Shown here: piece by piece, positions 17,410 through 26,610 of the stretch
How positions within the stretch are numbered: the first letter of the stretch is position 1
How the letters are laid out: each line of letters starts with the position of its first letter
Source of the DNA: Minisyncoccota bacterium
Lineage (GTDB): Bacteria > Patescibacteriota > Minisyncoccia > Phycocordibacterales > UBA2100
Direction of reading: 5' to 3'
Length of the DNA: 59,845 nt
Assembly: GCA_035541295.1 (NCBI GenBank)
Contig: DATKNP010000004.1
Coordinates: 1 to 59,845 of the forward strand
Position numbers and translations under genes: made by a program
Notes under the pieces: generated by a model
The model's input: only the letters and a program-made list of their open reading frames with translations
The model's database searches: none
Told to the model about the DNA's origin: nothing

Positions 17410-18193
17410 CATCATACTACTGCTCTTGCTAGTGCCGCATCTTGTGGCAGCACAGGTCGTGATAAGCGAGGTCATGTACGATCCACTCGGCGCCGATACT
17501 GGTCATGAGTGGCTAGAAGTCTACAACGCAAGCACCTCGTCGGTACCACTCACCACATGGAAACTCTACGAAGGTGATGCCAATCACAATATCATCGCTG
17601 CATCGGGTGATGCGACGTTGGCACCGAGTACGTATGGGGTCATCGCATCGAACGCGACGAAATTCTCGGCTGATTATCCGGACTTTGCCGGCACACTCTT
17701 CCACAGCGCGGTCTCGCTCGACAATGCAGGCGAGTCGATAACACTGCGCGACAAGTCACTTACCGATATCGACACTGTCTCATACGACAGCAGCGAAGGG
17801 GCGCTTGGTGATGGTAATAGTTTGCAGCGTTCGCCGGGAGATATGGGATCATTTACTGCACACACACCGACACCCGGTGCTTCGATCTCAACCACTACGA
17901 TAACGCCGAAGAGCAAACCTGTATCTCCGGTGAAGCCTCCCAAACCAAAAAAGTCAACGAGTGCGAAAATTAGACCTGCATCATCGAACACAGACATTCG
18001 CGCGAGCAACGATGCGGGCAATATGTCAGTCGTCGCACCGCAAGCGGCTGCGGTAGCAACACGTAGCACGAGCTCCTATTGGTTCTTCGCGCTCGCTGCT
18101 GTCATATTCCTCTCGATCGCTGCTCTTGCCGTCTCACGGCATGTCAAAAAGTCCGAATGGGACATTGTTGAAGAAAGTCCCGAAGACGTGTAA
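17387..18193 (+). CDS. Secreted lamin-tail-domain (LTD) protein with C-terminal TM anchor
   Basis: The start was moved to ATG 17387 (MKKIWIHNIILLLLLVPHLVAAQ signal peptide), which overlaps the ATPase stop by 23 nt. LTD pattern VVISEVMYDP...HEWLEVYN...WKL, a PK-rich linker, and TM YWFFALAAVIFLSIAALAV. Confidence 0.7.
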   Translation: MKKIWIHNIILLLLLVPHLVAAQVVISEVMYDPLGADTGHEWLEVYNASTSSVPLTTWKLYEGDANHNIIAASGDATLAPSTYGVIASNATKFSADYPDFAGTLFHSAVSLDNAGESITLRDKSLTDIDTVSYDSSEGALGDGNSLQRSPGDMGSFTAHTPTPGASISTTTITPKSKPVSPVKPPKPKKSTSAKIRPASSNTDIRASNDAGNMSVVAPQAAAVATRSTSSYWFFALAAVIFLSIAALAVSRHVKKSEWDIVEESPEDV

Positions 18194-18205
18194 TCTTCTG
18201 GCTAT

Positions 18206-19078
18206 ATGGATACTGATAAACAAACGGTGCTTGTCACCGGTGGTGCCGGCATGATCGGCTCACGCCTTATCGAGATGCTCCTACCGAAGTATCGTGTCAT
18301 CTCGCTCGACAACTACTTCATTGGCAAGAAGGAAAATCACATCGAAGCCGCCGAGTATCGTGAAGGTCATACGAAGGACATCGAATCCCTCTGTGGTGAT
18401 CTCAGTCCGGCGATCATCTTCCATCTGGGAGAATATTCGCGCGTCGAGCAGAGCTTCAACGACGTCGAGCTCGTATGGCAATCGAACGTGATGGGAACGC
18501 ATTACGTCCTCGAATACTGGCGCAAGCGCAAGTGCAAGATCGTCTACGCCGGATCCTCGACGAAGTTCGCCGATGGTGGCATGGGCCGCGATCAGTCACC
18601 CTACGCATGGATGAAAGCCTCCAACACCGAGCTCGTCAGTAACTACGGCAGATGGTTCGATCTTCCGTACGCCATCACCTACTTCTACAATGGCTACGGT
18701 GCGCGCGAACTTGCCGAAGGTCCATATGCATCGGTCATCGGTCGTTTCAAGACGCTCTATTGGGCAGGGCAACCGATCACCGTCACATCGCCGGGCACGC
18801 AGAAGCGTAACTTCACGCACGTCGACGACCTCGTGCGCGGGCTTATGATGGTAGGCGAAAAAGGCAAAGGAGATGAATACGGTCTCGGCAGCCACGAGTC
18901 CTACACGGTGCTCGAGCTTGCGCAGATGTTCACCGACAACATCGTCATGCTCCCCGAACGCCCGGGCAATCGCATGGAGTCCTACATCGACACATCGAAG
19001 GCCGAGAAGGAATTCGGCTGGAAGGCGGAGCATTCTCTGCGCGATTACATTGAATCGCTGAAGGCAATCAAGAAGTAA
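18206..19078 (+). CDS. NAD-dependent sugar epimerase/dehydratase (extended SDR)
   Basis: VLVTGGAGMIGSRL Rossmann motif and a YAWMK catalytic YxxxK. 290 aa. Confidence 0.8.
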   Translation: MDTDKQTVLVTGGAGMIGSRLIEMLLPKYRVISLDNYFIGKKENHIEAAEYREGHTKDIESLCGDLSPAIIFHLGEYSRVEQSFNDVELVWQSNVMGTHYVLEYWRKRKCKIVYAGSSTKFADGGMGRDQSPYAWMKASNTELVSNYGRWFDLPYAITYFYNGYGARELAEGPYASVIGRFKTLYWAGQPITVTSPGTQKRNFTHVDDLVRGLMMVGEKGKGDEYGLGSHESYTVLELAQMFTDNIVMLPERPGNRMESYIDTSKAEKEFGWKAEHSLRDYIESLKAIKK

Positions 19079-19121
19079 GACAGCCTTTTCTTTTGGCGCT
19101 TTTGGGCTAGGATGAGGCGCA

Positions 19122-20345
19122 ATGAAGCCTAGACGCATTCTTATATTTTCCCTCACGTACCACCCGTTCGTCGGTGGTGCGGAGGTTGCTATCAAGGAGA
19201 TCACCGATCGGATTGATCCGGCTGAATATGAGTTCGACATGATCACATTGCGATTTGATTCGCGATTGCCGGAGGTTGAACGGATCGGGAATGTCACGGT
19301 GTATCGCATTGGCTCGACTGTGGAGAATCCAAAAGTTTCTGACAGGAATTTGCCGCCCGCTTTGAAGCGCGCAAAACTATTTTTTCCACTCACTTCGTTT
19401 TGGAAAGCACATTCACTCAATCGTAAGAACAAATACGATATGACGTGGGCGATGATGGCCAATTATGCCGCGTTCGGCGCGTTGCTCTTCAAGTACACGC
19501 ACCCATCAACTCCATATTATCTCGAATTACAAGACGGCAACTCGCTCGCGCAAGTAAGAAATCGCCAGCCGATACTGCGCGCGATGTGGTTCTTCTATAA
19601 GCGCCTCTATCTCAAAGCCGACCGTATCAAAGCGATTTCATCATTCATCGAGAAACTCACGCGCGAAGTAGGTTACCAGGGGACGGTCGTCATCATTCCG
19701 AATGCGGTGGATACCGAGAAGTTCTCGGCTCCGGTCTCAGGTGAACGTTTGTGGGAATTGAAGAACAAATACGGCAAACAGCATGGTGATGTGTATCTCT
19801 TCACTGCATCGCGCCTCGTGCTCTCGCGCGGTGTAGAGGATGTGATACGCGCACTGCCGCATCTTCCGGCCAACGTGAAGTTCCTCATCGCGGGTGATGG
19901 TGAGGATCGCAGCAAGCTCAACGATATTGCAAAGAAGGCAAACGTCGATGATCGCGTTATCTTTGCCGGACATATCGATCATTCTGAGCTGCCTGCGTAT
20001 TTCAAAATGTGCGATATTTTTGTGCGCCCGTCGGTGATCGAAGGCTTCGGCAATGCGTTTGTCGAAGCGTTCGCCGCCGGCATCCCCGTCGTTGCGACTC
20101 CGGTCGGCGGCATCGTCGACTTCCTCTTTGATCCATGGAAAGATCCCGAAATTCCATCGACAGGAATCTTTTGCAACGTGCATGATCCGATGTCGGTCGC
20201 TTCTGCGGTGCGGCACTATATCGAGGATCCGCAACTCACCGCGACCATCGTGAAGAATGCGCGTGCGCTTGCGATAGAAAAGTACGATTGGAATATTATT
20301 GCTGCAGATATGAGAAACGAGGTCTTTGGTGCATTGACGAAGTAG
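19122..20345 (+). CDS. Glycosyltransferase family 4
   Basis: 407 aa. N-terminus ILIFSLTYHPFVGGAE. C-terminal FVRPSVIEGFGNAFVEAFAAGIPVVATPVGG. Confidence 0.8.
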   Translation: MKPRRILIFSLTYHPFVGGAEVAIKEITDRIDPAEYEFDMITLRFDSRLPEVERIGNVTVYRIGSTVENPKVSDRNLPPALKRAKLFFPLTSFWKAHSLNRKNKYDMTWAMMANYAAFGALLFKYTHPSTPYYLELQDGNSLAQVRNRQPILRAMWFFYKRLYLKADRIKAISSFIEKLTREVGYQGTVVIIPNAVDTEKFSAPVSGERLWELKNKYGKQHGDVYLFTASRLVLSRGVEDVIRALPHLPANVKFLIAGDGEDRSKLNDIAKKANVDDRVIFAGHIDHSELPAYFKMCDIFVRPSVIEGFGNAFVEAFAAGIPVVATPVGGIVDFLFDPWKDPEIPSTGIFCNVHDPMSVASAVRHYIEDPQLTATIVKNARALAIEKYDWNIIAADMRNEVFGALTK

Positions 20346-20416
20346 CGAGATACCACTCACTCCTTGCACTTTAGACTGAACGGGTGTCTGATTGAGGTGG
20401 AAAGGAGGGAATGTAA

Positions 20417-20642
20417 CATGGCTCAAACCCTCGACCCTTCTGTGGAATGGCCAAGACTTCTCGGCAACCCATTCTACTTCATGGATCCTGAGAATTGGCC
20501 GAAGGCGTATATTCTTATGTTCGGCTTCGGATGCGTGTTTCAGGGTGCGGCATCGCGGATGTGTTCGCCTGCAGGGATGTCGTTCCCTTACGCAACTCCT
20601 CCGTTGGTTGTCCGACGTCGGCGAAGGCCAGCGTCAGAATGA
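20417..20642 (+). CDS. Hypothetical 75-aa protein (weak call)
   Basis: The only ORF in a 358-nt gap between GT genes. Preceded by the best canonical RBS in the window, aaaggaggg (20401-20409). No recognisable domain. Confidence 0.25.
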
Positions 20643-20654
20643 CTGACTATCTGT

Positions 20655-20679
20655 GCGGCGCGCCCCCTTGGCGCGCCGC
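20655..20679. other. GC-only 10-bp perfect hairpin 24 nt upstream of the next GT gene
   Basis: gcggcgcgcc (20655-20664), loop ccctt, ggcgcgccgc (20670-20679). No U-tract follows. Confidence 0.6.
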
Positions 20680-20703
20680 TCTCACGTGCGCTACAGTACT
20701 TCC

Positions 20704-21699
20704 ATGCGCATTATCATTGCAACAGGTATTTATCCGCCTGAGGTTGGCGGGCCCGCTTTGTATGCCAAGGGTGTGAGGGAGTCGCTCGAAAAGACTGGCC
20801 ACGATGCACCGGTCGTTCTCTTCAGTTCGCTGAAGAACTATCCTTCGGGTGTCCGGCATGTTCTCTATGTCTTCAAGCTCATGCGAGCAGCGTGGGGTGC
20901 TTCAGCGATATTCGCATTTGATACGTACAGCGCGGGCGTGCCGACGGCCTTCGTCGGAATGCTTCTTCGCAAGCCCGTCGTCATCCGCATTGGCGGAGAC
21001 TTCGTCTGGGAATCGTACATCGAACGCACGCATGATCTCGTGCCGCTGCCGAAATTTTATCGTGCCCCGCGCGCCCTTAGTCGCAAAGAACGCATGGCGA
21101 AGAAGTTGGTAGCGTGGATGCTGCGGCATGGCGAACTCGCATTCAATACGCCGTGGCTCGCTCGAATTTGGACTGAGCCCTATGGCCTCGACGAGTCGCG
21201 TATACATACCGTTGAGAATGTTATTGGTCCTCGGCTTGAACGATCTAAAGAGACGAATCGTTCGGTGATCTTGTACGGACGGCAAATGGCGCTCAAAAAT
21301 GCATCGGCGTTTCGAACTGCTTTCGAGAAAGTTCGTGCCGAGGGCATTGATCTCGAACTCAAAGAGGGAATCGTGCCACATGCCGAATTGATGGAGTTGA
21401 CGCGTTCATGCTACGCCGTCGCCTTGCCCTCAATATCAGACGTCGCACCCAACACCATCATCGATGCCCTGCGATGCGGTGTGCCGTTCATCATAACCAA
21501 AAACTCCGGCTACGCGGAAAAATATAAGAACATGGGAATTGTTATCGACCCGCTGGACGAAGCCGACATGATTCGCGGCATTAAAGCGCTCGCCGATCCG
21601 GCTACATACGAACGCTTGCGCGCGAACATTGCAGCATATACGACAGTGCGTACGTATGACGACGTCGCCCATGACATGCTCGCGATCATTCAAAAATAA
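20704..21699 (+). CDS. Glycosyltransferase (GT-B, GT4-like)
   Basis: The start was moved to ATG 20704 (MRIIIATGIYPPEVGGPALYA). The ORF-track start is 20653. Confidence 0.7.
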   Translation: MRIIIATGIYPPEVGGPALYAKGVRESLEKTGHDAPVVLFSSLKNYPSGVRHVLYVFKLMRAAWGASAIFAFDTYSAGVPTAFVGMLLRKPVVIRIGGDFVWESYIERTHDLVPLPKFYRAPRALSRKERMAKKLVAWMLRHGELAFNTPWLARIWTEPYGLDESRIHTVENVIGPRLERSKETNRSVILYGRQMALKNASAFRTAFEKVRAEGIDLELKEGIVPHAELMELTRSCYAVALPSISDVAPNTIIDALRCGVPFIITKNSGYAEKYKNMGIVIDPLDEADMIRGIKALADPATYERLRANIAAYTTVRTYDDVAHDMLAIIQK

Positions 21700-21700
21700 T

Positions 21701-22780
21701 ATGCGCGTACTCCAGATCGGCTCAGATAGATCGAAACGAGGGATTCTTTTCCCCGGGACGCCTGCATTCTCACGACAGATTTCGTATGCTGACACATTTG
21801 GTCATTTAGATATTATTGGATTCTCACTTCGATCTGATGGAACGGTAGAATACAAAGAGAGAAATCTCTCCGTCTATCCGACCAACTCGCTCTCAAAGAT
21901 ATTTTACGGACTCGATACCTTGCTCATTGTTCGCAACCTGCCGAAGCCCGACGTCATCTCCGCACAAGATCCGTTCGAAGTTGGGCTCCTCGCACTCCTT
22001 ATCGCCTGGGTCAAAGGAGTACCGCTCCACGTGCAGGTGCATACTGATTTTCTCTCACACGGATATACCCAGCATTCATTCATGAATCGACACCGTGCAC
22101 TCGTTGCTGGTTTCGTATTACGTCGGGCTACACGCATACGCGTCGTTTCAGAGCGCGTCAAAAATGAGATCATTGCGCGATATAAACTAAAAATACCGAT
22201 CAGCGTGTTGCCGATTTTCGTCGATATAATTCTGCATCAGAGGCAATCGGATCCGATGCTCGTTAGTGCATTTTCAAGATTCGATAGAAAACTACTGTTC
22301 GTTGGTCGGCTTGAACCGGAGAAGAATGCAAGTCTCGCTATTCGTGCATTCGCGCAAGCGGCACCCGAACGCACATGTCTTATCATCGTTGGAGATGGAA
22401 GTGAACGAGCGAAACTGAAAGCACTCGCTAAGGAATTAAATGTAGATGCGGGATCGAGAATGGTGATTTTCGAAGACCAGAAAGAGAGCCTGAAATATTA
22501 TCCTATCGAGGATCTTGTACTCGTGACCTCTCACTACGAAGGCTACGGACTCGTCATCATCGAGGCACTCGCCGCAGGGAAACCAGTCATATCAACTGAC
22601 GTCGGCATCGCGCGTGAAGTTGGTGCCATCATCGCGAGTGAAAAGGATTTCCCCGCGGCACTATCGGAATGGTTCAAAAATGGTCCGCGTGAGATGCATC
22701 TCAAAAATTATCCGTACCAAAGCGAAGCGGACTACATCCAGAAATATTGCGTCGATATCACCGCGTGCGTAAAAAGATAG
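21701..22780 (+). CDS. Glycosyltransferase family 4
   Basis: The start was moved to ATG 21701 (MRVLQIGSD), 1 nt after the previous stop. C-terminal VTSHYEGYGLVIIEALAAGKPVISTDVG. Confidence 0.8.
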   Translation: MRVLQIGSDRSKRGILFPGTPAFSRQISYADTFGHLDIIGFSLRSDGTVEYKERNLSVYPTNSLSKIFYGLDTLLIVRNLPKPDVISAQDPFEVGLLALLIAWVKGVPLHVQVHTDFLSHGYTQHSFMNRHRALVAGFVLRRATRIRVVSERVKNEIIARYKLKIPISVLPIFVDIILHQRQSDPMLVSAFSRFDRKLLFVGRLEPEKNASLAIRAFAQAAPERTCLIIVGDGSERAKLKALAKELNVDAGSRMVIFEDQKESLKYYPIEDLVLVTSHYEGYGLVIIEALAAGKPVISTDVGIAREVGAIIASEKDFPAALSEWFKNGPREMHLKNYPYQSEADYIQKYCVDITACVKR

Positions 22781-22806
22781 AGACCGCAACTTCGCTGCGG
22801 CCTCTA
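22778..22806. terminator. Bidirectional hairpin between convergent genes
   Basis: tagagaccgca / tgcggcctcta (one mismatch), loop acttcgc, then tttgg. Confidence 0.5.
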
Positions 22807-22818
22807 TTTGGCCGATGC

Positions 22819-23475
22819 TCACCAACCCCTAGTTTGAGGTTGATATACTCCACGTCTCATGTCTGAAATGCCATTGATCTCGGCGATTGCACGTGCAACA
22901 TAATCGTATCGGCGCAACTCTTCTTCGATCCAGTTCCTTTTCGTCGAACGTTCGACTTCGGATGCACACGCTGCAAGAATGAATGACTCCGCGCTGAGAA
23001 ATACCGGACTCCATCCACTACAAAGCGCGCTCTCTTCTGAGCGGTCTCTGTGATAATGGCTCGTGATGATTGCACATCGCCGATGTTTACCAGCCTCCCG
23101 ATCCTCATACACCATTTTACGGATAACTTCCAGTGTGTGGCCCGTATTGCTGTCGGAAGTATTCCAAGACACTTGCTCCCGCGGGACACCAAGATCACGG
23201 ACGAGCATCTCGCAAATCGCATTGCCTTGATAAACCACACAGTCATTGATCCGCTTCTCGTCTTTTCCGACGATAGTGATGTGTTCACAGAACCCCCCCA
23301 TGATCGTGGCTGCGAATCCGTGAAGGCGGAGTTCGCCATACATAGGAAGTGGCATTTGTGGTCCGAGTTGTATCTCGGCCGGTTTAAAGCCACTTCGTCT
23401 CTCTGAATCGCGCTCCACGTCGAACGCAAGTCCGAAAGCTCGTTCCAATGGGAATATAGATTCTCCGATCATCAT
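22819..23475 (-). CDS. DUF218/YdcF-like (SanA/ElyC family) protein
   Basis: 218 aa. The pattern ...GNAICEMLVRDLGVPREQVSWNTSDSNTGHTLE...CAIITSHYHRDRS resembles the DUF218 core (sEa..m...GVp...s.nT...VTs.yH..R). Confidence 0.45.
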   Translation of the reverse strand: MMIGESIFPLERAFGLAFDVERDSERRSGFKPAEIQLGPQMPLPMYGELRLHGFAATIMGGFCEHITIVGKDEKRINDCVVYQGNAICEMLVRDLGVPREQVSWNTSDSNTGHTLEVIRKMVYEDREAGKHRRCAIITSHYHRDRSEESALCSGWSPVFLSAESFILAACASEVERSTKRNWIEEELRRYDYVARAIAEINGISDMRRGVYQPQTRGW

Positions 23476-23588
23476 CCTGCTCCGTTTGTTTGGGTCGAAC
23501 TAAACCAAAAATACTATATGTTATATGAAGTATCGTGTCAACTCGATTTCTTGCAGAAATCAAGCCAAGAACGCATAATACGTCTCAT

Positions 23589-25559
23589 ATGGCGCGCTCC
23601 TCAAAACCGGTCGGTTTCATCGGTCAGGGATGGATCGGGAAGAATTATGCCGATGATTTTGAACGACGTGGGCTCTCCGTCGTGCGTTACTCACTCGAGG
23701 AACCATATCGCCACAACAGGGCCAAGATTGCCGAATGCGACATCGTCATCATTGCAGTGCCGACACCGACGACACCGGACGGATCAGACTTTAGCATTGT
23801 GCGCGAAGCCGTCTCGCTGGTCGGGAAGGGCAAGACCGCCGTCATCAAGTCCACGATGTTGCCGGGCACCGCTCTTGCGATACAAAAGGATTTCCCGGAC
23901 CGTATCGTCATGTACTCTCCGGAATTCCTGAGTGAAGCGACAGCGGCACACGATGCATCGCATCCGTTCGCCAATATCATCGGTCTTGCACATGATACAC
24001 CGGAGACCCGCGCGATCGCACAAGACATACTCGCGGTGCTTCCCGAAGCACCGTTCTCGCTTGTCTGTTCGAGTACCGAAGCCGAGATCATCAAGTATTC
24101 GCACAATGGGAGCGGCTATACGCAAATCATTTTCTTCAATCTCATGTATGACCTCGCCCGAAGCCATGGCTTCGGATGGGAAAACATCCAGCGCGCGCTC
24201 GAAGCCGATCCGCTGATCTCCAATCGCTATTCGCGTCCCTTTCACAAGAGTGGCAGAGGCGCTGGCGGGCATTGCTTCATCAAGGATGTTGCTGCCTTGA
24301 GCCAAGAATACGCACAACGCGTGGGGGACACCGAAGGTTCTAGATTGTTCCGCGCGATGGAACAGAAAAACATAGAACTTTTGCGGACCACCGGCAAAGA
24401 TCTTGATCTCCTCGCTGATGTCTATGGTGCGAACGTCCTCAAGGGCGAAGTCACTCCGACGAAGACACCCGAGCTGCGCTCCATTCGCGGCGATATGGAC
24501 ATCCTTGTCGTCACGGAAGCAATCGATCGCACTGATCCACTGCTCGGCTTCTTCCATCGGTGGATCGAGGAATTTGCGCGACAGGCACGCCGCGTGCAGG
24601 TGATCGCGCTCGGTGTGCGCGAGCGTAACCTACCAGCAAACGTCATCGAACATTCGCTCGGCAAAGAATCGGCACATGGGAATCGCTATCTGAAACGCTT
24701 CGTCTATACGATGCGATTCTTGCGCTATGTGTGGCAACTTCGAAGAGAATATGAAACCGTGCTCGTCTACTTGAGTCCGGAATTCGTTCTTCTTGCGTGG
24801 CCCATCTGGCGGCTAACCGGCAAACGCATCGGCTATTGGTTTAATGACACAGAAGCATCGCGCTTGGCTCGGCTCGCTATCTGGCTCTCGGATGTGGTCT
24901 TCTATACCAACCCGCATTCTTATGCCGCTGCTTGTGAACATAGTCGCATGGTGCCGATGGGAGTCGATGCAGACATGTACGCTGAGGAGTTAAAGCGTGC
25001 ACCGGACTCACTCATCTTTCTTGGGCGCATCACTGCGAAGAAGAATCTCGACCGTATCCTCAAGGCGCTTGGTACGTTTGTGCAAGCCGCGGCACCACAC
25101 CTCGACATCTACGGTTCACCCGGCGCGGGTGATGAGGCATATGCAGCAGCGCTTCGCTCTACGTATGCGACACTCGAACGCCGCGGCATTATCACGTATC
25201 ACGGTAATGTGTTGCACGACAAGACGGCAGAGGTCTACGGTTCGCACGATATATTCATAAACACCGGTAGTGTTCGCGGTTTTAACAAAACCCTCTTCGA
25301 GGCAATGGCCGCGGGCATGATCGTCGTCACCTCAGAGCCGACAATGAAAGGCGTCGTCGACGATCGGCTCTTCATCACGGATGCTTCCGAGCAGGGGATC
25401 GCGCGGGCAATTCACGCGGCGCTTTCGCTCACACCGGAAGAGCGCACGCAAGAACGCAGTAAGCTTCGCGCCTACGTGCGGCGCGAACACGCGCTCTCAT
25501 CAGTCGTGCCGGCCATGCTCGAGATGCTTCGAAGTACGGGCGGCGAGCTTGCGCGATAA
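23589..25559 (+). CDS. Fusion: UDP-glucose/GDP-mannose dehydrogenase-like N-terminal and central domains + GT4-like glycosyltransferase
   Basis: The start was moved to ATG 23589 (VGFIGQGWIGKNYA Rossmann motif). GGHCFIKDVAAL matches the UGDH catalytic-Cys motif. From ~aa 300 the sequence (DILVVTEAIDRTDPLLGFFHRWIEEF...) parallels the next gene residue for residue. Confidence 0.65.
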   Translation: MARSSKPVGFIGQGWIGKNYADDFERRGLSVVRYSLEEPYRHNRAKIAECDIVIIAVPTPTTPDGSDFSIVREAVSLVGKGKTAVIKSTMLPGTALAIQKDFPDRIVMYSPEFLSEATAAHDASHPFANIIGLAHDTPETRAIAQDILAVLPEAPFSLVCSSTEAEIIKYSHNGSGYTQIIFFNLMYDLARSHGFGWENIQRALEADPLISNRYSRPFHKSGRGAGGHCFIKDVAALSQEYAQRVGDTEGSRLFRAMEQKNIELLRTTGKDLDLLADVYGANVLKGEVTPTKTPELRSIRGDMDILVVTEAIDRTDPLLGFFHRWIEEFARQARRVQVIALGVRERNLPANVIEHSLGKESAHGNRYLKRFVYTMRFLRYVWQLRREYETVLVYLSPEFVLLAWPIWRLTGKRIGYWFNDTEASRLARLAIWLSDVVFYTNPHSYAAACEHSRMVPMGVDADMYAEELKRAPDSLIFLGRITAKKNLDRILKALGTFVQAAAPHLDIYGSPGAGDEAYAAALRSTYATLERRGIITYHGNVLHDKTAEVYGSHDIFINTGSVRGFNKTLFEAMAAGMIVVTSEPTMKGVVDDRLFITDASEQGIARAIHAALSLTPEERTQERSKLRAYVRREHALSSVVPAMLEMLRSTGGELAR

Positions 25560-25564
25560 CCGTC

Positions 25565-26602
25565 ATGGCACAACACGCTCGCCCACACCTTCTTATTTGC
25601 ACCCAAGTCGTCGATGCGGATGACCCGGTGCTCGGATTTTTCCATCAATGGATAGAAGCATTCTCGAAGCAGTATGAGACAGTCTCAGTTATTTGTCTCA
25701 AGCGCGGGAGGCTCAGCCTTCCACCGAATGTGTCGGTCTATTCCTTGGGAAAAGAAAACGGAGTATCACGCATCAAATACATCCTTAATTTTTATCGCTA
25801 TCTCTGGCAGCTCCGAAAACAATATGATGCTGTTTTCGTCCACATGAACCCGGAATACATGGTGCTCGGTGGCGCGTGGTGGCGCCTGATGCGCATACCT
25901 GTCGGCTTATGGTATGTGCACAAAAGCATCACCTGGCGACTTCGCATCGCCGTATTTTTTTCATCCGTTGTGTTTACCGCAGTGCCCGAGAGTTTCCGCC
26001 TTGCATCGAAGAAGGTGCGCGTCGTGGGACAAGGTATCGCGACCGATGTGTTCCGAATTAAGGATACAGTGACACATGACGAACTGCGTATCATAACAGT
26101 CGGTCGTATTGCCGAATCGAAGCGTGTCATCGACATGCTTTCGGTGCTTGATGTGCTTGCGCGCGAAAACGTCCCGTTTTCTTTTACAATCGTGGGTGCT
26201 CCCGCGATATCAGAAGATGTTGCATACCAAGCACGTTTGAAAGAAGAAGTCGCGCGCCGTGCGTATGCAAGTGATGTCCATTTTCTCGGAGCGCTTGCAC
26301 CGCGTGAATTGCCGGCCGTACTCGCAGAAGCTGATATCTTCTTGAATCTCGGCAAGACGGGTGGATTGGACAAGGCCGTTTTGGAAGCAATGTCATGCGG
26401 TGTTGTGCCGGTCACGACTAATGGTGCGTTTCGAGAACTGTTGAGCCCACTTGGCTTGTTCGTCGGAAGTGATGATCCAGAAGCAATAGCGGAGGCGATA
26501 CAACATGCTCGGTCGATCGATCCGGTGCTATTACACAGCATGGTGGAAAAAGATCATTCGCTCATCGCACTTATCCCGAAGATACTGAGTGCGTTACAAT
26601 AA
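25565..26602 (+). CDS. GT4-like glycosyltransferase, tandem paralogue of the C-terminal half of the previous gene
   Basis: LICTQVVDADDPVLGFFHQWIEAF...YRYLWQLRKQYDAVFVHMNPEY compares with the previous gene's FLRYVWQLRREYETVLVYLSPEF. Confidence 0.75.
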   Translation: MAQHARPHLLICTQVVDADDPVLGFFHQWIEAFSKQYETVSVICLKRGRLSLPPNVSVYSLGKENGVSRIKYILNFYRYLWQLRKQYDAVFVHMNPEYMVLGGAWWRLMRIPVGLWYVHKSITWRLRIAVFFSSVVFTAVPESFRLASKKVRVVGQGIATDVFRIKDTVTHDELRIITVGRIAESKRVIDMLSVLDVLARENVPFSFTIVGAPAISEDVAYQARLKEEVARRAYASDVHFLGALAPRELPAVLAEADIFLNLGKTGGLDKAVLEAMSCGVVPVTTNGAFRELLSPLGLFVGSDDPEAIAEAIQHARSIDPVLLHSMVEKDHSLIALIPKILSALQ

Positions 26603-26610
26603 GCATCGCT

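Noticed and set aside
18596-19462. 288-aa minus-strand ORF spanning the epimerase/GT4 junction
   Set aside because: It is antisense to two genes with clear motifs and has no recognisable domain. It is a shadow ORF.
23784-26541. Two long minus-strand ORFs (23784-24557, 257 aa; 25798-26541, 247 aa)
   Set aside because: Both are antisense to glycosyltransferase genes whose sense frames carry family motifs and paralogue-level similarity. They are shadow ORFs.
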